From Candidatus Latescibacterota bacterium (GTDB taxonomy: Bacteria > Latescibacterota > UBA2968 > GCA-2709665): 64,000 nt of DNA. Below the pieces are notes generated by a model. The model was not told the origin of the DNA. It did no database searches and worked only from the letters and a program-made list of their open reading frames with translations. Numbering within the stretch: the stretch's first letter is position 1; each line of letters begins with the position of its first letter. The stretch covers positions 2,976,001 through 3,040,000 of the forward strand of contig OZ244744.1 in assembly GCA_965219455.1 (NCBI GenBank), in the 5' to 3' direction. Below, piece by piece: positions 51,679 through 62,249 of this stretch. The position numbers and the translations under genes were made by a program.

Positions 51679-52064
51679 GGGGATGATCCAATCCGATGGA
51701 TGAATCTTACGGCATACCGCTCGTGTTGTCGTACCTGATGTTTCTCCAGGACAGCACTTTGTACTCCGGGAGGAAAGATCCCGAACGGGACCGACGGGTA
51801 ACGCGAGGGAAGGGAAAACGAAGTGACGTCAGATTAGCGAATTGCTCTCGAGGAATCCGGGCACGGCCCGTTGAAAGATAGCGATCGTCTCGCGTCAAGT
51901 CAATCCGTTATTGTGAGCAAATCGGTGTTCCGACACGATCCCCACCGTTCCGCCCGGTCAGAATGCCGGGAAGAAAAACCGTCTCTTCGGACAGCCATTT
52001 GGCTATATTGGCCATTCAGACCACGCAATACATACGACGTAAACCAGGTCAAGAGGTACACGCT

Positions 52065-52817
52065 ATGCCTCATCTCTCCGACGCAGACAAGCGTTTCTTT
52101 AAGGAGAACGGCTGTCTGATCGTTCGTGGCGCGCTCACGTCCGCTCAGGTTCGCGCCATTCAGGACGCCCTCTGGAGCGGCATCGAGGCCGACCGCGACG
52201 ATCCTGAATCCTGGGTCGAAGCCGGACCGCGCACCCCGGTGCCCGCACACCATCCCGCCATCCGGGCCGCCGTTCACGGGTCGCCGCTCTTCGCGATGAT
52301 GGAGGAAATGGTGGGCAAGGGTCGCCTCAATCCCGGAAGCGCGGGTCCCGCGCTGGTTTACCCATCCGGAGACAAGACATGGTCGCTGCCGGAACGCGGC
52401 CATCTCGACGGGTACTACACCCCAACCAACGGCGTGCCCGAAGGGACGGTCGGATACATGACGATCAACGTCACGATCTACGTGGAGGACGTCGCCTCGC
52501 GGGGCGGGTGTTTCACCTATTGGCCCGGCAGCCACAATGTGTCCTACGAGTACTTCAGGACGCACTCGCTGCTGTCGGTCCGCGGCGGCGTTTTCAGCGA
52601 TGTTTATCCCGAGGGGACGTTTCCGGAAGGACACGAATTTACCGGCAGGGCCGGCGATGCCATCTTCTGGCACAGCCAACTCTTTCACACGGGATCCAAA
52701 AACGTCAATCGCAATATCCGCATGGCACTTATCGGTCGTTTCTCGCGCAAGGACGCCAACGATATCCGCTTTGAGACCTGCGAAGACCCATGGGCTCATT
52801 GGGAGGGGATCGGCTGA
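52065..52817 (+). CDS. Phytanoyl-CoA dioxygenase (PhyH) family protein
   Basis: FFKENG, HLD, PGSH, AGDAIFWH..FH. Confidence 0.85.
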   Translation: MPHLSDADKRFFKENGCLIVRGALTSAQVRAIQDALWSGIEADRDDPESWVEAGPRTPVPAHHPAIRAAVHGSPLFAMMEEMVGKGRLNPGSAGPALVYPSGDKTWSLPERGHLDGYYTPTNGVPEGTVGYMTINVTIYVEDVASRGGCFTYWPGSHNVSYEYFRTHSLLSVRGGVFSDVYPEGTFPEGHEFTGRAGDAIFWHSQLFHTGSKNVNRNIRMALIGRFSRKDANDIRFETCEDPWAHWEGIG

Positions 52818-53584
52818 TGCACCTTGTCTTCAGCCCGACGCTCTGTCCGGACCTGCACCTGCCCGACGTTCTGGATCTGGCCCGGGCGGCCGGATTCTCC
52901 CGCGTGGAACTCTTCCGCGCCTGCACACAGAGCACCCCCGTCCACCGCGACTGGTCCGTGCCGATGGTCCGTTCCGCCATCGCGGACGCCGGTATGCAGC
53001 TTGCCAGCTTGAATATTCGCAATCTCACAGGCCGGAAGGCAGACTCCGACGAGCGAAACCTCGCCTACAACCTGCGCCAACTCGAATGGGACATCCACCT
53101 GGGCCGCGCCCTCGGCGTGAAGACCCTGAATACGAGTGGCGGCAACCGCATATCAGAAGCGCTCGCCGATCTCATCGACGGCGTCAATACGCTCCTGGCA
53201 AACATTCCCGATATTGTCCTCAACCTGGGCAATCAGGCGGGGAACCGCCTCCAGGGGTTGGCCGACTACCAGACGGTGATGCCCGAGTTGCCGGAACGGG
53301 CGCGCGTTCTCGTAGACACCGGCCATCTGCTTTCGGCGGGCGAATCGATCATGCCCTTTGCCGAGGCCCTCGCCGGGCGCATCGGTCTCGTCCATCTGCG
53401 CGACCAGCGGGGCGACAAGCCCGTGCCCTTCGGCGAGGGAGAACTGCCGTTTACGGAGTTGCTGAAACTGTTGGCGGACTGCCGTTACGATGGCCCGCTC
53501 GTGGTTGAACTTGCGGGCGTCGACTGGGATGAGCCCTTGCCGGCCGCCATTTCCGCACGCCGATTCGTCGAAGCCCTTCTCTGA
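52817..53584 (+). CDS. Sugar phosphate isomerase/epimerase (TIM barrel)
   Basis: [27 protein letters not shown]. Confidence 0.8.
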   Translation: MHLVFSPTLCPDLHLPDVLDLARAAGFSRVELFRACTQSTPVHRDWSVPMVRSAIADAGMQLASLNIRNLTGRKADSDERNLAYNLRQLEWDIHLGRALGVKTLNTSGGNRISEALADLIDGVNTLLANIPDIVLNLGNQAGNRLQGLADYQTVMPELPERARVLVDTGHLLSAGESIMPFAEALAGRIGLVHLRDQRGDKPVPFGEGELPFTELLKLLADCRYDGPLVVELAGVDWDEPLPAAISARRFVEALL

Positions 53585-53593
53585 GTTCTGTCG

Positions 53594-53794
53594 CGGCGCC
53601 AACATTCCCGCCTTCCCGCGCAGTTCCGACAACCGTCCCGACACGATCACGTGAACACCTCCGGCGAGTGCGAGATCCGCCTCGCCCCGATCCAGGCCCA
53701 ACGCCGCCTGGTGTATCGCAACCAGCGATGACGAGCAGGCGGTGTCCAACGCCATCGCCGGCCCCTCCAGACCCAGCGCGAAGGCGACCCGTCC
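53594..53794 (-). pseudogene. Type I PKS ketosynthase fragment
   Basis: [30 protein letters not shown]...ALAGGV...GMLAP, including the active-site DTACSSS. Confidence 0.85.
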
Positions 53795-53799
53795 GAAGT

Positions 53800-54591
53800 T
53801 CAGTTGCCAGGACTTCGTTCGAGTGTTTCCAACCAGCGGTAGCCGAAGGTCGGAACATCCGGTGACGACGCGGCGACTCCGCCGGTAAACATGCTGAATC
53901 GTACCACCCGCAAGCGGTAGCTGTAGTCGTGCGCGGGCTGGAAATTCACGATTTCACTTCGGAACGCGGCTCCATTGACGACGTTGCAGTATACAGGATA
54001 GTTATCGTCGCATCTGACCCGTTTCGGTCCCACGACGATGACTTCCTCGTCCGTACCCGTTGCCTCGGTCTTCGTGTCGACTTCGTTCAGCAGGTAGCGG
54101 CCATCGCTATATTTGTTTACATTTAATGTATAGTGATATCCTGCCTCGTATTCAAAGTTCGTGATGATATCGTCGTATGGCGCACCGTCAACCAGCAGAC
54201 AGAAGTCATCGGTATTTAAGCATTTCACCCGAGTCGGCCCCACGGACAACGTCGCCGGCGTGGATGGCGCACGGGTTTTTTCCAGTTGTTCCAACAGGCG
54301 ATAGGCGTATTGGCTGGCATCCTGGGGCGGTTCTTCTCCATTCCAGGGGTCGTATTTCCCGATGCGCAGGCGGTAGGTGTAGCCGGGTTCGAAGTTGAAG
54401 CCATCGATCCCATCGTAAAACAAATAGCCATCAACCACCATGCAGGTCCGTTCGCCAACACCGTAGCATCTGGCCAGGGTCGGACCCACCGTGACTTCAA
54501 TGATCTCAATATAACGCGGTCCGACCGCATCGTCACATGCGGCAAATGCCAGGGTCAGTATGATGAAAAACAACGGATTCTTCGTACACAT
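53800..54591 (-). CDS. Lipoprotein with three DUF4377-like repeats
   Basis: Lipobox FAAC; three VGP..C..C..I..F..Y.L repeats. Confidence 0.75.
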   Translation of the reverse strand: MCTKNPLFFIILTLAFAACDDAVGPRYIEIIEVTVGPTLARCYGVGERTCMVVDGYLFYDGIDGFNFEPGYTYRLRIGKYDPWNGEEPPQDASQYAYRLLEQLEKTRAPSTPATLSVGPTRVKCLNTDDFCLLVDGAPYDDIITNFEYEAGYHYTLNVNKYSDGRYLLNEVDTKTEATGTDEEVIVVGPKRVRCDDNYPVYCNVVNGAAFRSEIVNFQPAHDYSYRLRVVRFSMFTGGVAASSPDVPTFGYRWLETLERSPGN

Positions 54592-54595
54592 TGGT

Positions 54596-55132
54596 TCATA
54601 CCTCGAAAGGGAATCCGTTATATACCGATTCAGCAAGTGCATAGATATCGTCATAGTCACACTCTCGACCGATCTTTGGCGTCCAGTAACGGCCGTGTGC
54701 AAGCCATTGACGATATCTGAAGACACGCTCTAGGTCCGTAATGACGGATGGAGAAACATTCGAATGCAATTGCCACATAGAAAAAATATCCTCTAGCGGT
54801 ACACGTGCGCCCTTTTCCTGGTGTGCGTTACAAAAGGCCCTTGACAAGGGATCTCTTAGCCTCTTGTAGCACCGCTGCAGATAGTCAATTCGAAAAGCTG
54901 CTTCTAAAGCTGCCAAAATACTCATCGAAGTACTTCGTGCGTGTTCTTCAAGAGTTGAACCCATTTCCAGGTCCACTTCATATTTCGAATAACCGACGAA
55001 ACGCTCTCTTGAACGCATGTTTTCTGAAGAGAAGTAGCTTCGTACGGATGCTTCGATGTCACTGTAATATTGGGCGATCCGGGCAAGTTGGAGGTGTTCA
55101 CCAGAAAACCCGATTCTTCGAGACCTAGGCAT
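54596..55132 (-). CDS. HEPN-like protein
   Basis: Helical-looking sequence, ILAALEAAFR and RQWLAH (R-x4-H). Confidence 0.55.
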   Translation of the reverse strand: MPRSRRIGFSGEHLQLARIAQYYSDIEASVRSYFSSENMRSRERFVGYSKYEVDLEMGSTLEEHARSTSMSILAALEAAFRIDYLQRCYKRLRDPLSRAFCNAHQEKGARVPLEDIFSMWQLHSNVSPSVITDLERVFRYRQWLAHGRYWTPKIGRECDYDDIYALAESVYNGFPFEV

Positions 55133-55658
55133 TCGCGACTTCCATTATCGCGGAAAGAAAGGACTCTTCTGTAAGTTCGATAAATTTGATGTTGGGTGGC
55201 CGTGTAGATATTTTCCATGCCCACTCCTCCACGCCAGGTTCCGGTTCATCCTCTACTTCAATCGGTGCCTCTCTAACAATTACACTGATCATAGGAGGAG
55301 TAGAAGCTGCTTTTCGGACGAGAACAAACTTGACGGCGCCATGCGGCCCTCTCAGGTCCACGCGCCCTCGGACGCCGATTAAATTTGTACCGATTGGATC
55401 GAAACGAACTTCCACGGGGCCAATTTTGACCTCAAGCAATCTCACTTCATAGCTTCCAATATAATTCTCGTTGATTTCCTTTGTTGCCCACGTAATTTGG
55501 ACCTTTTGCTGATCAATGTATTTCCGAAGGAACCCTTCGGCTATTTGGTAAAATCCATCCAGATGCTTCATCCAGTCATCGCGTCTCAGGATCCAGTCAA
55601 TTGTCGGCGCGGACTTGGCAATCTGTTGGTTTACAAATTCGTCGAAATCACCCGTCAT
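55125..55658 (-). CDS. Hypothetical protein, overlapping the HEPN-like gene
   Basis: 177-aa ORF with RBS; overlaps the downstream gene by 8 nt. Confidence 0.7.
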   Translation of the reverse strand: MTGDFDEFVNQQIAKSAPTIDWILRRDDWMKHLDGFYQIAEGFLRKYIDQQKVQITWATKEINENYIGSYEVRLLEVKIGPVEVRFDPIGTNLIGVRGRVDLRGPHGAVKFVLVRKAASTPPMISVIVREAPIEVEDEPEPGVEEWAWKISTRPPNIKFIELTEESFLSAIMEVANA

Positions 55659-56370
55659 TGTGCGCTCCTTTTGCTTTTGCCAGACTGATCACGTTCAGAA
55701 AACTCACGACGTGCTCGTGTCAGCCAGCGATTGTGTCGTTACTTTCGACACCGTGAACCCTCATCGCTTGAGTACGGAAACCCGACGGTACAGGAGAGGA
55801 TTGACCTTGTCAGGGCGCTTCTGTTTTTTCTTGAGCCTATCCGATTCTCCTCTTACAAGAGCAGTAGATTGGTTTACAGAGGTCAATCCAAGAGGTACCC
55901 CCGCAACCCGACAGCGGCCAATTCCAACGCTTCTTACCGAGCCCACCAAAAGAGTCGCGCTGGGAGCGAGGCATATTTCCTTTCTGGGCGATAATAACGA
56001 TAGAAAAAAGTGACAAATGCGCTACAGATCGTTGCTTTGAGTAAATTGGCACATACCAACGGACCTCTGGTATGCCGACGGTAATTCAAAAGTTGACAAG
56101 ACCGGGTATTCCGACATAACTTTAAATATATAATAAAATATCGAAATTCGGACAATGGCCGGCGCAAGTTATCCGGATAATTCGATGCATCCGGTATTTC
56201 GGAAACCGGGCGGACTACGACATTTGAACACCGGATTTTCGACGGTAACGCCGCTGGGTGACGGCCAAAGTCGTCGTCAAGCCATCGGATAAATGACGCA
56301 TTTTAGAAGTGTTTGGTTCTCAAACCGCCTATTCAGGGCCCGGCCCTGGACGTTCGAGGGGGAAAACACG

Positions 56371-59328
56371 GTGCGCGCGTTGTTGATTTGCTGTTTGATG
56401 TTGGGGTGCGGGACTGTTTGGGCCCAACCCGGCGGCTATCTCGAAGGGACGGTTTCAGGAGAGAGCGGCGAGGCCCTGTCCCGCGCGAATATCGTCGTTC
56501 AGGGTACGGATTTTCCGGAGAGAACCGGGGCCGCGGCGGGTACCGACGGGCGGTTCCGTTTTGCCGTTCCGGCGGGGAATTACCGGATCGAGATCACATT
56601 TATAGGCTACAAGCCCGAAATTCGTGAAAACGTGTTTGTGCAGGCGGGCCGGTCCACCACGCTGAATGTGGTCCTCAAGGAGCAGGTCATTTTTCTGGAG
56701 CAGAGCGTGGTTTCCGCTTCACGACGGCAGGAAAAGGTCCTGGAGGCCCCGGCTTCGGTCGCGGTGGTTGAGGGCGCCGACATCCGCAGCAACCCGTCGA
56801 TGAACATTGCCGACCACGTTAAGAATCTGCCAGCGGTGGACTTTGCGAAGACTGGAATGGCCAACAGCAGCATTGTGGTGCGTGGCTTCAACAGTGTATT
56901 CACGGGCACGCTGCTCATGATGACGGACAACCGTTTCGCCCGGGTGCCCTCCGTGCGGGTCAACGCCCCGAATTTCATTCCCATTACCAGTGACGACGTG
57001 GAACGAATCGAGGTTGTTCTGGGACCGGGATCGGCCCTGTACGGACCCAACAGCGCGGATGGGGTCATGCACATCATCACCCATTCGCCCTTTACCTCGC
57101 AGGGTACGAGCGCGCATTTCGGATATGGAGAGCGCAGCCTGCGCCAGGCCTCGATTCGGCACGCAGGCGCGGTCGGGGACCGGGTGGGCTACAAGGTTTC
57201 GGCCCGGTACTACACGGGGAGGGAGTGGGAGTATACCGACCCGGAAGAGGTAAGAGCCAGGCAGCGACGAGAGAAGGAGATCGCCGCCGATTTGAACTTG
57301 TCGCCTCTTCCGACCCGCGATCCCGATACCAAGAATCTCGGCCTGGAGGCGCGTCTGGATTGGCGCGCCTCCGACAACTTCACCGCCATCCTGTCGGCGG
57401 GACACAACAAGGCGGACCTGGTCGGGCTGACTGGCGTGGGCGCCTCGCAGACAATCGACTGGCAGTACAACTACGCCCAGCTGCGGGTGCTGTACGGCGA
57501 CTGGTTTATCCAGGCCTTCCGCAACTGGACCGATGCGGGCGGCACCTTTCTGTTGCGTACCGGCACTCCCGTGGTCGACAGATCCGCCCTCACGGTATTC
57601 CAGACGCAACATACGTCGAATCTGGGCGCCCGCCAGCGATTCACGTACGGCCTGGACGCGCTGATGACGCGGCCGGTTACCGACGGAACCATCATGGGAA
57701 AGAACGAGGACGACGACGACCTGAACGAGTTCGGCCTTTATTTGCAGAGTGAGACCGCTCTGGGCAGGTTGCTGGACCTGGTACTGGCCCTGCGTTACGA
57801 CTACCATAGCCGCCTCGCGGATCCTGAATTTTCGCCCCGTGCCGCACTTGTGTTCAAGCCAAAGCCGACCCAGACGTGGCGTTTGACCTACAACAGGGCT
57901 TTCAGCACACCCACGTCGATCAATCTTTACCTCGATCTGCAGGCAACCAGAGACCCCTTCGGGTTCAGCGAGATTTTCACGCCGATGTTTTCAGCACGCG
58001 GCCTGGAGTTCGATTCAATGGACCTCCGGACACAGGGAAACTACCGGAACAACGTTTACGGCTTCACGTTCCGGCGGGAAGGTGGCCGGCCGCTTTTCCG
58101 CTCGCCCTTTGCCGCTATGGCCGGTCTGCCGGCCGATCAGTACCTGCGTTTGGACGACCCGGTCTTCACCAACGTGATGTGGGGTGTCGGCCGGGAGGCG
58201 GTGCTGGCGCAACTATTGCCCACGATAAAAGAAATGGCCGTCGACATCCTGATCGAACAGGGCCTGGGCGCCGAAGAAGCCCAGGCCATTGCGAACGGAC
58301 TGGCTGAGGCCTTTCCCGGTATCGTACCCGAGCGATTGACAGGTCTGCGCAATGTCATGGGCCGGTTGAACATCGCGGCGGAGCCGCTCGGTGAAGCGCC
58401 CGATGAAAATCGACAGCCGTTCTTCTTTGTTGAGTCGAACGGCGCCACGCCTGTTACGGCCTATGACGTTCCGCGCATCCAGTCCGCCATTACGAGGACA
58501 ATCGAATTCGGCTACAAGGGCGTCGTGGCCGACAAACTCGTCGTGGCCGCGGATCTGTATCAGTCCAGAATCGAAAATTACGTGGGCTCGGTTTCGGTGG
58601 AAACCCCCAACGTCTTTCTCGAACCGGAGAGTCTGGCCGCGGCTCTGAATCGGGGATTCGAACAGACGCTGTCCGATCCGGCCAATGCGCTAATCGCCGC
58701 CGGCTTGCAGGTAGTGGACGAGGTGCAGGTGCCAGGTCTCCTGGAGGGCAACAGGAACGGTTCACCGGTGGACGAACTTACTGCCATCTTTGTGGCCGGG
58801 GCGGCCGCGATTCCATACGGCACGGTGACGCCCGAGCAGGCGTCCGATCCCTACGCGATGGTGTTGACATACCGCAATTATGAAGATGTCTCCATCCACG
58901 GATTGGATCTGAGCCTGGCCTACTATCCGACATCGCAATGGAGGCTAACTGGCAACTACTCCTTTGTAAATGAAAATTTCTTTGAGAACCTGAAATACAC
59001 CCATGTCCCGGGGAGCGGCGATATCGCGCTGAATGCGCCCCGGCACAAGTTCAAATTCGGGTCGTCGTACGACTTCTCCCGGATGGGGCTGGGGGTCGGC
59101 GGCGCGTTGCGCTTCACTGGTTCCTTTCCCATGCAGTCGGGGGTGTACGTGGGCGACGTGGATGCCTATACGGTTCTTGACCTGACGCTGAACTATCGGT
59201 TGCCCGTCGAAAGAAATCTGGTTTTCCACGTCGACGGGAGCAACGTCCTGAATACGCCCTACCGATCGTTCATCGGCGCCCCGGAGGTGGGCCGCCTCGT
59301 CTTCAGCCAGGTCAGCCTGCGCTTCTGA
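56371..59328 (+). CDS. TonB-dependent receptor with N-terminal carboxypeptidase-regulatory-like domain
   Basis: Signal peptide, VVSASRR, ERIEVVLGPGSALYG, C-terminal Phe; GTG start at 56371. Confidence 0.92.
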   Translation: MRALLICCLMLGCGTVWAQPGGYLEGTVSGESGEALSRANIVVQGTDFPERTGAAAGTDGRFRFAVPAGNYRIEITFIGYKPEIRENVFVQAGRSTTLNVVLKEQVIFLEQSVVSASRRQEKVLEAPASVAVVEGADIRSNPSMNIADHVKNLPAVDFAKTGMANSSIVVRGFNSVFTGTLLMMTDNRFARVPSVRVNAPNFIPITSDDVERIEVVLGPGSALYGPNSADGVMHIITHSPFTSQGTSAHFGYGERSLRQASIRHAGAVGDRVGYKVSARYYTGREWEYTDPEEVRARQRREKEIAADLNLSPLPTRDPDTKNLGLEARLDWRASDNFTAILSAGHNKADLVGLTGVGASQTIDWQYNYAQLRVLYGDWFIQAFRNWTDAGGTFLLRTGTPVVDRSALTVFQTQHTSNLGARQRFTYGLDALMTRPVTDGTIMGKNEDDDDLNEFGLYLQSETALGRLLDLVLALRYDYHSRLADPEFSPRAALVFKPKPTQTWRLTYNRAFSTPTSINLYLDLQATRDPFGFSEIFTPMFSARGLEFDSMDLRTQGNYRNNVYGFTFRREGGRPLFRSPFAAMAGLPADQYLRLDDPVFTNVMWGVGREAVLAQLLPTIKEMAVDILIEQGLGAEEAQAIANGLAEAFPGIVPERLTGLRNVMGRLNIAAEPLGEAPDENRQPFFFVESNGATPVTAYDVPRIQSAITRTIEFGYKGVVADKLVVAADLYQSRIENYVGSVSVETPNVFLEPESLAAALNRGFEQTLSDPANALIAAGLQVVDEVQVPGLLEGNRNGSPVDELTAIFVAGAAAIPYGTVTPEQASDPYAMVLTYRNYEDVSIHGLDLSLAYYPTSQWRLTGNYSFVNENFFENLKYTHVPGSGDIALNAPRHKFKFGSSYDFSRMGLGVGGALRFTGSFPMQSGVYVGDVDAYTVLDLTLNYRLPVERNLVFHVDGSNVLNTPYRSFIGAPEVGRLVFSQVSLRF

Positions 59329-59341
59329 GCGCAGGCGGTAG

Positions 59342-59391
59342 CCTGCAACAGAGAGGGGTGCGGCACTTGCCGCACCCCTCTCTGTTGCAGG
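59342..59391. terminator. Long perfect inverted repeat after the TBDR (terminator-like)
   Basis: CCTGCAACAGAGAGGGGTGCGGCA-ct-TGCCGCACCCCTCTCTGTTGCAGG. Confidence 0.7.
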
Positions 59392-59863
59392 AAATAAAGA
59401 CGAAGCGATCCACTGCTCGGGGAGAAAGAGGCCGCGGGGCCACGAAGGAATTTAAGCCCGTAACAATCACCAATACATCTTTTAGGAACACATTTTAAAT
59501 GGCTATTACAAGTAGAAAGATCCGGCTCACCGATCTGGACCAACTGCCGCCGCCCGAGGATCACACGATGTTCACCATTCAAGGCGGCGCGGCAGCTAAA
59601 TTACCGATAAAGCAAAACCCGATCAGATTCGCAATTTTGTACCGCAACGGGTGTACATCAAACGCTTGGGGAGTGCAGGTCCGGCCCGCGGGAGACGCTT
59701 ATGTATATTGCCGGGACAACATGCAGGCCCAGCACGTCAGTCTTCACGCTTCTGGAAAGCAGCACATCACCATTGATCCCAATTCTCCAAGTGCGGGTGA
59801 CTTAAGTGAAAAGCAATTTATGAATCAATGGCACGAGCCAGACGAAGGAATTGCGACCTTTAG

Positions 59864-61569
59864 AGTCTTACAGTGTGACTTCTACGCAAAATGCGTAGAT
59901 AATTATTCATGCTGCTTGTTTAGTTGTAGGGTGTTGATGGTAAAGGGTCAAAGACAAGGCGAGTATTTTGTGCCCTTCGAGTGTGACGCGCCACCGTCTG
60001 GACCGTGGGATTTTTGCAATAAGGCCGCGGACGTGTAGGCGTTTGAGGCGGCGGCTGGTGGCATTGGCGTGCCGAGTGCGTTGCAGCAGGGATGCTGGAT
60101 GTTGGAAGAGGTGTGTTCGGATGTCCTGGTTGCGGAAGCCCATCAGGGCGTGTTCGCCTTTCAACACAGCGGTAAACAGGGCGAGGTCGGCAGGGTCGGC
60201 GGGGTTGAAGCCCCGATAGGTACGTCCCTTGTGCCTGCGTGGCCGCGCCAGTGTGGTGAGGCTTTGATGTCCGGTAGCGGCGTCAGGGGCTGCGGACAGC
60301 GCCTGAAAGTAGCGTTGGTTGGCCGTCAACGAGATTTCCCGATAGCGGTAGAGGTTGGCCACGCCTTTGGCCATGGGATACCAGCCCATCACGCGTTGTC
60401 CTCGCCGTATGCCCCAGCGGCGGACCTTGAACTGCCTTGGATGGTTGATCACTGTTTCGACGCGTAGTACGCACCCGTGTTTGTCGTACATTTTAATCCA
60501 GTTCTCGCACATCCGGTGTTTGACTCTTGCGCCTTTGTGGCGTTTGTTTTTGAAGTCCGTGAGGACTTCGCCCTGAAAATTGCCGTGGAGTTTGCGGCCC
60601 AGGAAGGTCAAGATGTCCTGGGGAGAGAAGCACAGCACCGTGTGTCTGAGCAGGTTTTCATACAGCACCTTCAGGGCGTGGGGGCTTTGGAACATCACGT
60701 CGGTGGCGAACTCGGCCTGGTCAACGACCCAGTAGTAGTCCTTGCCCGAAAGCAGGTCGTTGAGCAGGGGGTTGACCTTGCGGGCGAACGCCGAGAGAAT
60801 GCGCGGCCAATTCTTGCCCACAAAACGATCGGCAAAGCGTTGCGCCCGGTCCACATCGGCAATCCATAGAAAAGCGTTGTCTGATTTTTCATAGGCGATG
60901 CCGTGTTGCTCGAGCTTGCGCGCCAAGAACTCGTGGCCATTGAGACAGATCTGCACCACCAGCGGGAACCAGGACTGGATGCGGATATGCATCAACCCGA
61001 ACTCCCGGTCAATCCAGTAAAAGTAGTAGCATAGGCATTTCCGTTGTGCGTTGATCAGGCGAGGCCTTCCTTCCCCTGGAACCAGCTTGAAACTCTGGCA
61101 GCCTTCCAGGGCCCGAAACACACAGACCAGGCCTTGCGTGATCCCATCGTGTTTTGCCAACCGTCGCGCTTCGTCCTCTTTCCTGATGGTGTTGCGTTGC
61201 AGATAGATGAACGGGCGCTCGTGCTTGTTTGCCATCGCCTCCGCGTGGGCTTTGATCGTATCGGAATGCGTCATCACAAAACGCTTGAAGTCCTTCAACA
61301 ATAAACCCTGATTGCTGATGAACCGCTCCATCGCAGTTCCAAATCCCAGCGGCAGGTACCCTTTGAACAGAACCCGATCAAAACAGGATACCACTCCGGT
61401 GATTTATTCACTACATTGGTCCACGAAGTCTTTCACGGCGTTCCTCCTTCCATTGATGGCGGTGGGTACCACCATCATAGGGGATGAACGCCGTTTTGCA
61501 TACCCTAAAACTATCTGCTCTTGACTACCACCTATTTGGTTGCGGCTGAGCAAAGCGAAGCCGCGTTAG
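59864..61569 (-). mobile_element. 1706-bp insertion element, no terminal inverted repeats, TTAG at both junctions, hairpin ends
   Basis: TTAG at 59860-59863 and 61566-61569; removal restores the host ORF; hairpins at 59881-59899 and 61542-61564. Confidence 0.85.
59907..61436 (-). pseudogene. Unclassified transposase-like protein of about 509 codons with C-terminal wHTH; nonsense codon at position 11
   Basis: GGAGG RBS, GTG at 61436: MKDFVDQCSE*ITGVVSCFDRVLFKGYL; KMYDK...LRVET; C-terminal RRLKRLHVRGLIAKI..WRVT..G. Confidence 0.75.
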
Positions 61570-62249
61570 GCTAATCTTCCCTTGGTGGGGAATCCAGCTA
61601 AATGCGGACCAGCGAAATCGTTTCAAATCAAAATGGAAGAAAAATGACATATTTATCGAAGGACACCGTGAATATCTTACTATTGTCGCGTTCTGGATTG
61701 TCACGCAGAAGGTTAAGCTCCAGAAGAAGGGTAAATGCCCTGGCTTCGTGCTGGGGGAGCTTCCGCTGACGTCAGGAAAGAAGCTTGCCATTACAGCCGA
61801 ATGGGAACCCGAACGCGGCTTTCAATCCGTGATCAAAAAGGGACTGCAAAAAGTTGCCCTCAGGGAGGACTTTTCTGACGATGACCCAGGAGAGACTCTC
61901 GGTATGTGTATGACGGGGACCACTGGTTCCTCACATTCAGTCTATATGGTTAATTTCCCTGTAACCCATTCGAAACGCGAACATGAGCAGCTAGAAGAAT
62001 AGCGCGACGCGGCAGCGGACTTTCTCTGTTATTCTCCACCGTCCCTGCGCTCCGTATGAAAGGTAGCGAACCAAGCAAGGCTTATCTGCGACCGCATTCT
62101 TTCTTGGGATTCCACAGGAATCTGAAATCCATTGCGTTTTGGGCGAAATTGGCCGAAATTGGCGCTGAGATAATGGGAAGTTGCATGCAGGCTAACGCGC
62201 TGCAAAGTCGTTGTTAAAAAGACAGCAGTGCAGGGAAGACAGAAAGCCA

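Larger units (their letters stand above)
59499..62002 (+). pseudogene. Hypothetical gene (265 aa when rejoined) split by an insertion element
   Basis: Joining 59499-59863 to 61570-62002 gives one open frame ...IATFR-LIFPWWG... Confidence 0.85.

Noticed and set aside
53153-53755. 200-aa ORF as a PKS gene
   Set aside because: Only the first 54 or so residues are KS-like; the rest is antisense to the isomerase gene
59342-59391. Long palindrome as a MITE or CRISPR repeat
   Set aside because: Single copy directly after a stop codon; terminator-like role is simpler
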